64,000 nt of DNA from a bacterium (GTDB taxonomy: Bacteria > UBA10199 > 2-02-FULL-44-16 > JAAZCA01), in the NCBI GenBank assembly GCA_963674695.2, contig CAXXGI010000001.1, positions 32,001 through 96,000 of the forward strand, given 5' to 3'. This document shows positions 17,587 through 30,145 of this stretch, one piece after another. Positions within the stretch are counted from its first letter, which is position 1, and each line of letters opens with the position of its first letter. A model generated the notes under the pieces. That model searched no databases. It saw only the letters and a program-made list of their open reading frames with translations, and was not told the origin of the DNA. The position numbers were made by a program, and so were the translations under genes.

Positions 17587-20394
17587 ATGACGATGACCGA
17601 GCTTGCCAAGGCCTACGATCCGAAGGATGTCGAACAGAAGTGGTACGCCTTCTGGGAAAAGGGCGAATACTTCCACGCCCCGGATGATCCAAAGAATGAA
17701 ACCTACTGCATCGTCATCCCACCGCCGAACGTCACCGGCGCGCTGCACATGGGACACGCGCTCAACAACACGCTGCAGGATATCTGCACGCGCTTCAAAC
17801 GCATGCAGGGGTTGGCCACGCTCTGGCAGCCGGGGACCGATCACGCCGGGATCGCCACGCAGAACGTCGTGGAACGCGAACTGATGAAGACGGAGGGCAA
17901 GCGCCGCCAGGAGATCGGGCGCGAGGCGCTCATCGAGCGCATCTGGACGTGGCGCGAGGCCTACGGCGACCGGATCCTCAAACAGCTCAAGGCCATCGGC
18001 TCGAGCTGCGACTGGGAACGCACGCGCTTCACCCTCGACGAGGGGCTCAGTCAGGCCGTGCGCGAAAGTTTTGTACGCCTCTATGATGAAGGGCTGATCT
18101 ATCGCGGCAAATATATCGTCAACTGGTGCCCGCGCTGTCACACCGCGCTCGCGGACGATGAAGTGGATCATGCCGATGAGAACGGCCACCTCTGGCACAT
18201 CCGCTATCCCTTCTCGTCGAAATCCGAAACCCAAAATCCAAAATCCAAAACAAAGCCTGACGGCGTTGTCGTCGCGACGACGCGCCCGGAGACGATGCTC
18301 GGCGACACGGCCGTCGCGGTCAACCCGAAGGATGAGCGCTATTCGAACCTCATCGGGAAGATGCTCACGCTCCCCGAGACCGGCCGCCAGATTCCGATCG
18401 TCGCCGATGACTTTGTCGACGCCGCCTTCGGCACCGGCGCGGTGAAGGTGACCCCCGCCCACGACCCGAACGACTTTCAGATCGGCGAGCGCCACAACCT
18501 GCCCCGCATCAACGTCATGAACGAAGACGCCACGATGAGCGCAGAGGCGGGAGAAACATACGCCGGCATGACGCGCGACGAATGCCGGAAAAAGATCGTC
18601 GAGGCACTGGAAAAACAAGGCCTCCTCGAAAAAATCGACGAGCATGCCCATGCGGTCGGCCATTGTTATCGATGTCACACCACGATCGAGCCGTGGCTCT
18701 CCGACCAGTGGTTCGTGAAGATGCGCCCGCTGGCCGAAAAAGCGATCCGCGCCACCGAGGAGAGCAAGGTTCAGTTCCACCCCGAACGCTGGACGCAGTT
18801 CTACCTACAGTGGTTGGAGAACGCGCGCGACTGGTGCATCTCACGCCAGATCTGGTGGGGACACCGGATTCCGGTGTGGTACTGTAAAACTCGGGACCCG
18901 GAACCCGGGACCCGGAACCCGGGATCAGAACAAGATCTTTCCGAATCCCGAATTCCGAATTCCGAATCCCGAGCTCTCTGTCCTCCCATCGTCTCCCGGG
19001 AAACGCCGACGACATGCCCACACTGTGGCAGCACCGAACTCACGCAGGACGAGGATGTGCTCGACACCTGGTTCTCCTCGGCGCTCTGGCCCTTCTCCAC
19101 GCTCGGCTGGCCGGACAAAACCCCGCTGCTCGAACGGTACTACCCGACCAGCACGCTCATCACCGACCGCGGCATCATCTATTTCTGGGTCGCGCGCATG
19201 GTGATGATGGGGCTCAAGATGATGGAGGAGGTCCCCTTCAAAGATGTCTACATCCACGGCACGATTCTGGATGAACAGGGCCGCAAGATGAGCAAGTCGT
19301 TGGGCAACGGCATCGACCCGCTCGAAATGATCGACCGCTACGGCGCGGATGCCATGCGTTTCTCGCTCGTGGTCCTCTCGACCGAGGGCCAAGATTTGAA
19401 ACTCTCGGAATCGAAGTTCGAGATGGGGCGCAATTTCTGCAACAAGCTCTGGAACGCCTCGCGCTTTGCCATGATGAACCTCGAAGACTTCGACGGCACC
19501 GCGCCGGACGAGAAGGATCTCACGCTCGCCGACCGCTGGATCATGAACCGCCTCCAGACGACGACCAACGACGTGATCGACGCACTCGATGGCTTTCGTT
19601 TCTCGGTCGCGGCTCAGGCGCTCTATCAATTTATCTGGAACGATTTCTGCGACTGGTATCTCGAAGCCGCCAAGCTCCATTTGAGCCCGAAAGACGAAGA
19701 GCAAGGGGCGAAGGGTGCAACAGCACAACGGCATGCAACCCAACACACGCTCACGGAGACGCTCGGTACCGTTCTCAAGCTCGCCCACCCCTTTCTCCCC
19801 TTCATCACCGAGGAGATCTGGAACCACCTGGAGCCTGAGGCCAGCCCCCTGATCGTCGACACCTATCCCACTTCCAGTGCCGTCCCCTTCGAGGATGAGG
19901 CAAATCTCTTCATCATCACGAAGAAGGAGCCGGTGGAAGCCATTCGCAACATTCGTGGCGAGAGCAACGTCGACCCCGCAAAGCGCATCCCAAAAGCCTT
20001 TTCCGGATTTTCCACGCAGGCGCTGGTCGACTATGCGGAAGCATCGCCCCGCTACGTCGAACACCTCGCGCGCGTCGAAGAACACCGCGCCTTCCTCGTC
20101 GGCCAGGAACCGGAGGAGACAACAAAGGCAGCTGCAGGCGTCACCGAAAACCAGACGATCTACATCCCGTTGGCTGGGCTCATCGATGTGGCCGCCGAAA
20201 CGGCGCGCCTCGAGAAGGAGATCGCGCGCACGGAGAAAGAGATCGCCAGCGTCGAGGGCAAGCTGAAAAACGCCGGCTTTATCGAACGCGCTCCGGCCGA
20301 GATCGTGCAACGCGAACGCGATCGGGCGCAGCAGGCCAAAACAAAACTCACCACGCTTGCCGAGGCGATGGAGAAGGTCAAACAGATGGCATAG
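17587..20394 (+). CDS. valS: Valine--tRNA ligase
   Basis: PPPNVTGALHMGH (HIGH), DWCISRQIWWGH, KMSKS and C-terminal coiled coil. Confidence 0.98.
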   Translation: MTMTELAKAYDPKDVEQKWYAFWEKGEYFHAPDDPKNETYCIVIPPPNVTGALHMGHALNNTLQDICTRFKRMQGLATLWQPGTDHAGIATQNVVERELMKTEGKRRQEIGREALIERIWTWREAYGDRILKQLKAIGSSCDWERTRFTLDEGLSQAVRESFVRLYDEGLIYRGKYIVNWCPRCHTALADDEVDHADENGHLWHIRYPFSSKSETQNPKSKTKPDGVVVATTRPETMLGDTAVAVNPKDERYSNLIGKMLTLPETGRQIPIVADDFVDAAFGTGAVKVTPAHDPNDFQIGERHNLPRINVMNEDATMSAEAGETYAGMTRDECRKKIVEALEKQGLLEKIDEHAHAVGHCYRCHTTIEPWLSDQWFVKMRPLAEKAIRATEESKVQFHPERWTQFYLQWLENARDWCISRQIWWGHRIPVWYCKTRDPEPGTRNPGSEQDLSESRIPNSESRALCPPIVSRETPTTCPHCGSTELTQDEDVLDTWFSSALWPFSTLGWPDKTPLLERYYPTSTLITDRGIIYFWVARMVMMGLKMMEEVPFKDVYIHGTILDEQGRKMSKSLGNGIDPLEMIDRYGADAMRFSLVVLSTEGQDLKLSESKFEMGRNFCNKLWNASRFAMMNLEDFDGTAPDEKDLTLADRWIMNRLQTTTNDVIDALDGFRFSVAAQALYQFIWNDFCDWYLEAAKLHLSPKDEEQGAKGATAQRHATQHTLTETLGTVLKLAHPFLPFITEEIWNHLEPEASPLIVDTYPTSSAVPFEDEANLFIITKKEPVEAIRNIRGESNVDPAKRIPKAFSGFSTQALVDYAEASPRYVEHLARVEEHRAFLVGQEPEETTKAAAGVTENQTIYIPLAGLIDVAAETARLEKEIARTEKEIASVEGKLKNAGFIERAPAEIVQRERDRAQQAKTKLTTLAEAMEKVKQMA
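18217..18250. repeat. In-frame heptamer repeat (AATCCAA-like) inside valS
   Basis: Encodes SKSETQNPKSK in the loop before VATTRPET. Confidence 0.75.
18890..18973. repeat. 84-bp heptamer-armed imperfect palindrome in frame within valS
   Basis: (CGGRACC)n arm - ATCAGAACAAGATCTTT - (CCGAATY)n arm; encodes RDPEPGTRNPGSEQDLSESRIPNSESR. Confidence 0.85.
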
Positions 20395-20480
20395 GTTGGA
20401 GGGTGTCGGGAAAGGGATCTTTGCTGTCATTCCCCGACAGGCTCAGAATGGCGCCTCACTCTGCGAGGCCGGAGAACATC

Positions 20481-21341
20481 ATGGATCTCAATACCCTCGA
20501 CGAATACATCCGCTTCACGCTCGAAGAGGACATCGGACCGGGCGACATCACCACCGCCGCCATCATCAGTGAACACCGTTCCGCCTCTGCGCGCATCAGC
20601 ACCAAGCAACCGCTCCTCCTGGCGGGCATGAAGGTCGCCCACCATGTCTTCGAGATACTCGATCCGACCGTCTCCTGGAACGCGCGTCGCCAGGACGGCG
20701 AACGCTGCCCCGCCGGCGCGGTGATTGCCCTCGTCACGGGGAACGCCCAAAAGATCCTTGCGGGCGAGCGCACCGCACTCAATTTCCTGCAGCGCCTCTC
20801 CGGAATCGCCACGATCACGGCACAATTCGTCGCGGCGGTCGCCGGAACGGATGTCAAAATCCTGGACACGCGCAAGACCACGCCGGGGCTGCGCCCGTTC
20901 GAAAAATATGCCGTCCTCATGGGGGGCGGAAAGAACCATCGTATGGGGCTCTACGACCACTATCTCATCAAGGATAACCACATCGCGGTCGCCGGCTCAA
21001 TCACGGCCGCCGTCAAAGCGGCGCAGTCGCACTACAAACCGGGACAGCTCATCGAAGTGGAGACCGAAACGATCAGCGATGTGAAGGAGGCGCTCAAAGC
21101 GAACGCCGACGTCATCCTGCTCGACAACATGACGCCGCAGGAGGTCAAGAAGGCCGTCGGCATCGCCAAGGGAAAAGCTCAGCTCGAGGTCTCGGGAAAT
21201 ATCACCCTGCAGAATATCCGTGAATATGCCGAAACCGGCGTCGACTTCATTTCGATCGGGGCGCTCACCCACTCAGCCCCGTCCGCCGACATCAGCATGA
21301 AGATCGACGTCGAAGACTCCATCGATCAATCCAGAAAATAA
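20481..21341 (+). CDS. nadC: Nicotinate-nucleotide pyrophosphorylase (QPRTase)
   Basis: EDIG.GDITT, ERTALN, DTRKTTPGLR, HRMGL.D..LIKDNH, LLDNM and GALTHS. Confidence 0.96.
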   Translation: MDLNTLDEYIRFTLEEDIGPGDITTAAIISEHRSASARISTKQPLLLAGMKVAHHVFEILDPTVSWNARRQDGERCPAGAVIALVTGNAQKILAGERTALNFLQRLSGIATITAQFVAAVAGTDVKILDTRKTTPGLRPFEKYAVLMGGGKNHRMGLYDHYLIKDNHIAVAGSITAAVKAAQSHYKPGQLIEVETETISDVKEALKANADVILLDNMTPQEVKKAVGIAKGKAQLEVSGNITLQNIREYAETGVDFISIGALTHSAPSADISMKIDVEDSIDQSRK

Positions 21342-21347
21342 AGCAAT

Positions 21348-22634
21348 TCACCTCCGACGCGCGATGCGTTCTTCGAGCGCACGACGATATTCGTCCATGT
21401 CGTCGATGGGGCGTGAGGCCACGCCCGATCGCATGGCCGCATTTGCTACCGCCGGCGCCTCCCAGGTCAGCACGCGCGAGTCGAACGGCTTCGGAATGAT
21501 GTAATCGGGGCCGAATTCGAGCGAGGCCACGCCATAGGCGCGACACACCGATTCCGGCACCGGCTCCTTGGCAAGGCCGGCCAATGCCAGCGCCGCCGCC
21601 TTCTTCATCTCTTCATTGATGCGGCTGGCCCCGACGTCGAGCGCCCCCCGAAAGATGAAGGGAAACCCCAGGACATTATTGACCTGATTGGGATAATCCG
21701 AACGCCCTGTTGCGATGATCGCATCGGGCTTGGCCGCGCGCGCCACCTCCGGCGCGATCTCCGGATCGGGGTTGGCCATCGCGAAGATGATCGGGCGATC
21801 GGCCATCGTGCGCACCATCTCCTCGGTCACCAGCCCGCCGGCGGAAAGACCGATAAAGACATCCGCCCCGCGCATCGCCTCGGAAAGCGTCATCGGGGTG
21901 TCACCGTTAGCGAACTGACCGCGATGCAATTCGCGCTCGGCTCGGTCGCGCGTCACCAAGCCCTCGCGATCGACGAGCCAGATCCCATCGCGCGCCACGC
22001 CCATCTCCTCGATGAGCTTGGCACAGGCCACCGCTGCCGCGCCCGCACCGGAGAAGACCACCTTGACCGCATCGATCGACTTGCCCGCAATCTCCAGGGC
22101 GTTGATGAGCCCCGCCGCGGTGATGATGGCGGTACCATGCTGATCATCATGAAAGACGGGGATCGACATCTCGCGAATGAGGCGTCGCTCGATGTGAAAA
22201 CATTCGGGCGCCTTGATGTCCTCGAGGTTGATCCCGCCGAAGGTCGGCTCCATACTCTTGACGATCTCGACGAAGCGATCGGGATCGCGCGCATCAATTT
22301 CGAGATCGAAGACATCGACATCAGCGAAGCGCTTGAAGAGCACACCCTTGCCCTCCATCACGGGTTTGGCCGCCAACGGCCCGATATCCCCGAGCCCCAA
22401 GACCGCGGTCCCATTGGTCACCACCGCCACGAGATTCCCGCGCGCCGTGTAGCGATAGGCCTCTTTCGGGTCGCGTGCGATCTCGCGACAGGGCTCGGCC
22501 ACGCCGGGCGTGTAGGCGAGCGAGAGATCCTCCTGCGTTTCACAGGGCTTGGTGAGCCCCAACTCGATCTTTCCGGGTCGCCCTTCACCGTGATAGCGAA
22601 GCGCCTCTTCGCTCTGCGTCTTCTTCGATTTCAT
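21348..22634 (-). CDS. NAD(P)-dependent malic enzyme (no PTA domain)
   Basis: [36 protein letters not shown] and [12 protein letters not shown]. Confidence 0.93.
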   Translation of the reverse strand: MKSKKTQSEEALRYHGEGRPGKIELGLTKPCETQEDLSLAYTPGVAEPCREIARDPKEAYRYTARGNLVAVVTNGTAVLGLGDIGPLAAKPVMEGKGVLFKRFADVDVFDLEIDARDPDRFVEIVKSMEPTFGGINLEDIKAPECFHIERRLIREMSIPVFHDDQHGTAIITAAGLINALEIAGKSIDAVKVVFSGAGAAAVACAKLIEEMGVARDGIWLVDREGLVTRDRAERELHRGQFANGDTPMTLSEAMRGADVFIGLSAGGLVTEEMVRTMADRPIIFAMANPDPEIAPEVARAAKPDAIIATGRSDYPNQVNNVLGFPFIFRGALDVGASRINEEMKKAAALALAGLAKEPVPESVCRAYGVASLEFGPDYIIPKPFDSRVLTWEAPAVANAAMRSGVASRPIDDMDEYRRALEERIARRR

Positions 22635-22699
22635 CGCACCATCCTTTCTCGTATCCCGCATAGCTATCGCGTTCGCGCGCAGAAGGCAAGAAGGCGCAT

Positions 22700-23263
22700 T
22701 CAGTAGACGAGATGATCGACGGGATCGACCGGATGCCCGTGCCGCCGCACCTCGAAGTGCAAGTGTGAACCGGTGGCGCGGCCGGTGCTCCCCATGCGTC
22801 CGATCACCGCTCCGGCGACAACGCGCGAGCCCGCCCGCACCTCCACGCGATCGAGATGACAATAGCGCGTTTCGAGATTCGCTCCGTGATCGACGATGAG
22901 CATCAGCCCGCATGCGCCGCTCCTGCCGGCGAACCGAACGCGTCCATCCGCCGCGCCGTGCACGATCGAACGCCTGCACGAGGCAATGTCGATTCCCGTG
23001 TGAAACCGTCTCTGCCGCGTAAAGGGATCGCGACGCCATCCGAAGGGGGAGGTCACCCGCCCGTCGGTCGGAATCAGGAGCGGCCGCACCCTCTTCGGAA
23101 AAAAGCGATCCAGATCATCATAGAGCGGTGCAAGCGGATCGCACAGAGACGCATGTCGTGAAAAAAAATCGGAGATCGGTACACGCTGTTCGGCAATGCG
23201 CACATCAGCGAAGGCTGTGTTCGCAAACAGAAACAACACCAGCAGCATAATCCATTTCTTCAT
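22700..23263 (-). CDS. M23 family metallopeptidase, secreted
   Basis: Signal peptide [19 protein letters not shown]; HTGID, YCHL and [15 protein letters not shown]. Confidence 0.92.
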   Translation of the reverse strand: MKKWIMLLVLFLFANTAFADVRIAEQRVPISDFFSRHASLCDPLAPLYDDLDRFFPKRVRPLLIPTDGRVTSPFGWRRDPFTRQRRFHTGIDIASCRRSIVHGAADGRVRFAGRSGACGLMLIVDHGANLETRYCHLDRVEVRAGSRVVAGAVIGRMGSTGRATGSHLHFEVRRHGHPVDPVDHLVY

Positions 23264-23276
23264 ACACGCACTGCAT

Positions 23277-23292
23277 TGCAAATATCGTTCCA
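23277..23292 (-). promoter_or_regulatory. sigma54 -24/-12 promoter for the M23 gene
   Basis: Minus strand TGGAACGATATTTGCA; IHF-like ATTCAACCGTTTA at 23309-21; TGCTGC/GCAGCA dyads at about 23330-23370. Confidence 0.7.
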
Positions 23293-23419
23293 CATGCATT
23301 CGGTATTTATTCAACCGTTTACAAAAACATGCTGCCGCCATTTGCAGCAGCTGCATTTTTTTGCGGCACCGCCGCTTTGTGAATTGACGCGTCGCCATTC
23401 GATCGATAGAGAAAGAGAC

Positions 23420-25057
<1,638 letters not shown>

Positions 25058-25376
25058 ACGTCGGCACCGTCAATATTCAGACATCGAAAACGAAAAAATG
25101 CCCCATCTTACGAAGAGGTCCACCGCCCTTCTCTCCCCCTCTCGCCGCCGGGTCATTTGGCACTCAGGCTCTCTGTGGAGCGGGGGCCTGAGACATCACC
25201 CGCGTGCCAATGGCACGAAATGTGTTTGAAAGAGTTTTTTCCGTATCCTTTCGTCCGACGCGGAATGAGGATACAATACAGATTCGAAAGCCTTGAAATT
25301 CTATCGGAAGCATGCGAGCGTCGGGCATCATGAAAGGGAAGGCATTCATCGGCAACAATTCTCACGGGGAGGCAAT

Positions 25377-27455
25377 ATGAAGAAGCAACTCGGGTGTTTG
25401 GGGATCCTATTCGTGGTCACAGCGTTCATTGCCGGCTGTGGTGGCGGTGCAGGCGGTGGCGGCGGCGGATCAGCACAGGAGGTCTTCACCGATTTCAACT
25501 CGGTTCCCAGCCTCGACCTCTCCTCCTACGACCAAACGGGCGCAACGGCGGCAAACATCGCCAACGGAAAAGCAAAATCGACGCTCACCCTGATCGACGG
25601 CGATTGGTCGGCAGCTGGCTGTCAGGCCTATTCAGAGAAGCGTCAACTCTACAACATGGCCAGCGCCATGGACTTCAATCGCTGCATGGTCGCCACCATC
25701 CAGGAAGCGACGGGAACGACGATCCCCATCAATGAGCACGTCTATGTTCAGGCGACGCTCCCCTACGGCGTCGGCCCCGGCGGTGAACAGGGCGGTGAAA
25801 CCGAGCTGCTCGTCCGCGCGGGACTCACCCAAGACAGCGTCAGCGTGGATATCTGTTTCGACGGCACGCTCCAAGAACAGATGCGGCTGACCGCCGTTGC
25901 GGGTGCGGACGGAAACCCGGTCCTCAACGGAACGATGTATCATGGCTAGGAAGAGGCCTGGACCGAACCCAATGGCATGACCCGCGAGGGACGGATGAGC
26001 GGCGTCATATCGCTGAGCGATGTCATCGTTGCCGCGAGCGCCCAGAACTTTACGAACCCCATCACCGGCGAGGTCTATCCGATCTATGAACTCGTCAGCG
26101 GAACCTTTGAGGGACAGTTTCAGGACATCAGCACGATGACACAGGACATGTCCGGAATTCCCGGCGGTGGCGTGATGTCGAATAACCACGCCTTTACCGG
26201 CCGGATGTCGCTCAGCGGTGATTTTGCGAACGACCTCTATAGCTTCTCCGGCGGCGGCTCCTTCAGCGAGAGCGGCTTCGATCCCTTCGGCGGCGATTTC
26301 AGCTTCGACGGTTCGGAATTTGCTGCCGCCTATTGGTCCGGATCGCAGGGATGCGCCAGCCAGCTGCTCAATATGCAGGAGGAACCCTGGATCGCCCCCG
26401 ACGGCATCCATTGTTACGACCCCTGCGCCAACGACGGCATGGGCGGCGAAATCGCAGCGGTCGGCGGTCTGTGCACCACGACCTGCACCGTGAACCCGCA
26501 TCTCTTTGCCGTCAGTGGATCCGACCGCGTCTTCACGGTCGATCCCTCGATCGCCACCGACTACTGTGCCAGCGTACCGACGCTGCTGACCGACGCCGAT
26601 CTGCCCAGCGAAATTCCTGCGCCGTCCGCCCCATGGGACTGCGCCATCCCGGCGAGCGCCACGACGGTCAGCTTGACCACGGAAAATCTCATGCAGGTCA
26701 TGAACAGCTGCGGCAATCCGGACGACATGCCCGACCGCATGGACTGCCGCTGTCCGTTCTGGGGATATGAATATCGCATCAGCGACAGCTCGACTTGCTT
26801 TACCGCAGAAGAGCTCGACTCCTATGCGGACATGCGGACCGATCTCTTCTGCGATGGCCTGCGCGCCGTCTCGCTCGGGGCATTCCCGCAGTTCAAGGGA
26901 AATGACTCGGAGTGTTTCATGGACAGCGACTGCCCCGACGGGAACTTCTGCAACCTGGAATTTGAATTCGACTTCGAAACCGAGGATGCACCGATGGGCA
27001 TCTGCATGCCCGACGGTCAGGACGGCTTCTTCGCCTTGACCTGCCCGGCCCAGCCACTCTTTATGAAGGGGACGCTCAAGGCCACCTCGATCATCGATAT
27101 GGCCTCCGAAACATTCATGCTGCCACCGGACGATCCCTGTTCGGATGGAGGCGTCATGGCCATCACGGGTTGCTCCGCCGATATCTCCGGGTTCGACGGC
27201 GATCTCACCTTCAACTGTACGCGCGGTGAGAGTGCCTGTACGATCCTCGTCACCGGAATCGACATGCGATCCAACCGCGGAGGTGGCGAAGGCGACGGTG
27301 ATGAAATCCACCTGCCGGAGCAGTGCCGAGCCGATTGCGCCGGCGTTCAGGATCCGTCAGATGCCACCCCTGAGTGCGTCGCGTGCGTGACCGATTATTG
27401 CGCTGCCGCCAGTGCGGAGGATCCGTTCTGTATACAAGTAGCATCACATCTCTGA
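25377..27455 (+). pseudogene. Cys-rich lipoprotein gene interrupted by one in-frame TAG at 25947-25949
   Basis: GGGGAGG RBS and lipobox IAGC. ORFs 25293-25949 and 25977-27455 share a frame and read ...MYHG*EEAWTEPNGMTREG. Confidence 0.65.
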
Positions 27456-27476
27456 TACAACGACATTGAACCCGTC

Positions 27477-27507
27477 AAACGCCGGCCCCAAAAGGGTCGG
27501 CGTTTTT
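27477..27507 (+). terminator. Rho-independent terminator
   Basis: AAACGCCGGCCC-CAAAA-GGGTCGGCGTTTTT after the lipoprotein gene. Confidence 0.75.
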
Positions 27508-27557
27508 CATTGAAGCTTCAACCGCATTCCCATAACGTGCGCCATCAGAGGTGACCC

Positions 27558-28589
27558 ATGAAGGAAGCGATGTTCTTCGAGAAAGAAAATGACGACGCCG
27601 TTCGCTGTGGACTCTGCCGCCACGGTTGTCTGATCCCCGAGGGAGGATCCGGCATCTGCCGCGTGCGCCAGAACCGCAACGGCACGCTCTATTCGATCTT
27701 CTACGGCAAGCCGATCGCCCTCGGGGTAGACCCGATCGAGAAGAAACCCCTCTTTCACTACAAGCCGGGCTCGCAGGCCCTGTCGATCGCGACCCCCGGC
27801 TGCAACTTCCAGTGCGACTTCTGCCAGAACTGGGACATCTCGCAGTATGGGCGCGGCACATCGAACCGCATTCCGGACAAGGGGGTCACACCGGAGGCGG
27901 TGGTGCGCGAAGCCAAGCGTCAACGCTGCGCCTCGATCTCGTATACCTACACCGAGCCGACGATCTTTTATGAATACGCCTACGACACCGCACGACTGGC
28001 CCATGCGGAAGGCATCGGCAACAGCTTCGTCACCAACGGCTACATGACGCGCGAAGCGCTCGATGCGATCGCCCCCTATCTCGACGCGGCCAACGTCGAC
28101 CTCAAGGCCTTTCGCAAGGAGACCTATCGAAACGTGATGAAGGCGCAGCTCGATGGCGTCACCGATTCCATTCGCCACATGAAAGAGCTCGGCATCTGGG
28201 TGGAGGTGACCACCCTCATCGTCCCCGGCATGAACGACGATCCGGCGGAGCTGGCCGACATCGCCACCTTCCTGGTCGAAATCGGGCGCGACATCCCCTG
28301 GCACATCAGCCGCTTCATCCCGCAGTATCGCCGCACCGATGCAAAGCCCACGTCGATCAAGGCGCTTCAGGGTGCGTACGAGATCGGCCGCAAGGCAGGC
28401 CTGCGCTACGTCTATCTCGGCAACGTTCCAGGGGATGAATCGGAGAGCACGTTCTGCTACGAATGCGGCACCCGCCTCATCGAGCGTAGCGGATACGAGG
28501 TCAAACAAAACCGCATCACCAATCGCAACGAATGTCCGGAGTGTCATGCGAAGATCGATGGAGTGGAGATGGCGGGGAAAGAGGAATAG
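27558..28589 (+). CDS. amrS: AmmeMemoRadiSam system radical SAM enzyme
   Basis: C..C...C N-terminus, DPIEKKPLFH, GCNFQCDFCQNW.ISQ, YTYTEP and PWHISRF. Confidence 0.93.
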   Translation: MKEAMFFEKENDDAVRCGLCRHGCLIPEGGSGICRVRQNRNGTLYSIFYGKPIALGVDPIEKKPLFHYKPGSQALSIATPGCNFQCDFCQNWDISQYGRGTSNRIPDKGVTPEAVVREAKRQRCASISYTYTEPTIFYEYAYDTARLAHAEGIGNSFVTNGYMTREALDAIAPYLDAANVDLKAFRKETYRNVMKAQLDGVTDSIRHMKELGIWVEVTTLIVPGMNDDPAELADIATFLVEIGRDIPWHISRFIPQYRRTDAKPTSIKALQGAYEIGRKAGLRYVYLGNVPGDESESTFCYECGTRLIERSGYEVKQNRITNRNECPECHAKIDGVEMAGKEE

Positions 28590-28623
28590 AAGAACCTGAA
28601 GGAGAAAATCTGGTGATCGAGGT

Positions 28624-29763
28624 CTACGTCGCTGTCGCCGCAACCCCGCCATCTTCCATGCGTCCCACCGTATCGTCAATGCGATTTTGGGTATCGTCGA
28701 AGCGTTCCTGCATCGCATCGATGCGATCGCGGGTCTGTCCGATCCGATTGTTGAATCGATCGACCTTACCGGCGAGCGTGTCCTTGCTGGTCTCGTAGCG
28801 GGACGCGATCACCTGCTCCTGATCATCAACCTTGGCCCCGGCCGCTGCGATCTTCTTGCGTGAGAGCGCCGCACTGTCCGCAACCTGTTGCTGTTTATCG
28901 GAGAGCTCCCGACGCTTGGAAGCGAGCTGTCGCTCCGCCGCCGCAATTTTCTCCTCCTGCGCCCGCGTCTGATCGTAACGCGATCGCAAGCCAATAGCGC
29001 CTTCGCGTACGGCGGCATCGGCATCATCAGTCTGCTTGGCGGCAGAGATCGCCATCTGCTCGTTGGGCGGATCGCCGGCGAACGGCCGCACCTGGCGCGT
29101 CGAAGGCATCTGCGGCCGATGGGTCGAAAGCTCGCCCATGATCTGCTTCGCTGCCAGCTGCGCCATATATATTTGAAAGTGAGTGAGCCAGTCATCGCGC
29201 TCCTGCTGCCGATCCATCGCGTCATGCTTGGTCAAGCCGCAGTATTTCGCGTTGTCACGCACGAGATAGGTCCACATCGTATTGGCATAGTTGCGCTGGC
29301 GATTGGCCGCGAGCTCACGCTCTCGCTGGCGCGACTCCTCATAGCGCGTCTGGATCTTTCCGTCGTTGATCTCGTTCTTCTGATCCCCGATCTGCCGAGC
29401 CTGATCGTCGAGGCTTCGCAACTGTGAGTTGAGCTCTTCCCCCTGATTGCGAATCTGGTCATCGAGTTGTTCGAGCTGGCGCGCCATCTCATCGCGCTGG
29501 TTGTTCAGCTCTTGAAGTTGGAGCCCCTGGTTGCGATCGAGATCCGTGCCCTGGGCGGTGAGCCCATCGATCTCGCGCTGGATATCCTGGATGCTGTTCT
29601 CGAGGGAGACCTTATCGTTTGTAAGCGCGCGCTTCTGCCCCTCGAGGCCGTAGAGGCGATCCTCAAAGCCCTGCTGACGCAGCTTGGCCTGATTCGCATC
29701 GCGATCAGCGATCTGCTGTGCCAAGGTCATCGGGGTTGTCGAGACTGCACCTGCACCGATCAT
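28624..29763 (-). CDS. Hypothetical long coiled-coil protein
   Basis: Q/E/D/R-rich heptads; GGAGG RBS; no signal peptide. Confidence 0.8.
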   Translation of the reverse strand: MIGAGAVSTTPMTLAQQIADRDANQAKLRQQGFEDRLYGLEGQKRALTNDKVSLENSIQDIQREIDGLTAQGTDLDRNQGLQLQELNNQRDEMARQLEQLDDQIRNQGEELNSQLRSLDDQARQIGDQKNEINDGKIQTRYEESRQRERELAANRQRNYANTMWTYLVRDNAKYCGLTKHDAMDRQQERDDWLTHFQIYMAQLAAKQIMGELSTHRPQMPSTRQVRPFAGDPPNEQMAISAAKQTDDADAAVREGAIGLRSRYDQTRAQEEKIAAAERQLASKRRELSDKQQQVADSAALSRKKIAAAGAKVDDQEQVIASRYETSKDTLAGKVDRFNNRIGQTRDRIDAMQERFDDTQNRIDDTVGRMEDGGVAATAT

Positions 29764-29784
29764 AGACGGATGCCTCCGAAAGTA

Positions 29785-29812
29785 TTATCGGCAGGCCGGA
29801 GGGCAAAGTTTC
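29785..29812 (-). promoter_or_regulatory. sigma28/FliA-like promoter
   Basis: Minus strand GAAACTTT-N12-GCCGATAA, followed by RBS and ATG. Confidence 0.6.
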
Positions 29813-29924
29813 GCATAAAAGACAAATAGTTCACTTTTATTGAGTATGCATAATTATATCTATATTATGCAACATTATGCTTTATTATATTTAATTAACA
29901 TCCACCGGAAAGGGGCTTTTTGTT

Positions 29925-30018
29925 GTCATTCCCGCGAAGGCAGCCTGCCCGCCGGTTGTGTGGCGGGGGAATCTCGCTTGTAATGACCAATCGAGATCCC
30001 CGCTTTCGCGGGGATGAC
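29925..30018. repeat. REP/dRS3-like palindromic element with internal insert
   Basis: GTCATTCCCGCGAAGG...GAGATCCCCGCTTTCGCGGGGATGAC. Confidence 0.85.
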
Positions 30019-30145
30019 AAAAGCGAAGACTCCTTTTGTTTTAGGGGGTTATGGTCAAATGAGGACATGCCCAAATCAGTTCCCACCCAAAAAAAGTATA
30101 ATTATATATATTTATACCTAATTATAACTCTTTATACATACATCA

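Noticed and set aside
25203-25227. TGGCACG half-site and CGTGCCA-A-TGGCACG palindrome upstream of the amber-split lipoprotein, as a sigma54 promoter
   Set aside because: The -12 position reads GT, not GC; insufficient support, though it may be another regulatory site.
25947-25949. Genome-wide TAG reassignment
   Set aside because: TAG terminates conserved genes at their expected ends (rocD, valS, amrS, M16 protease, pepF).
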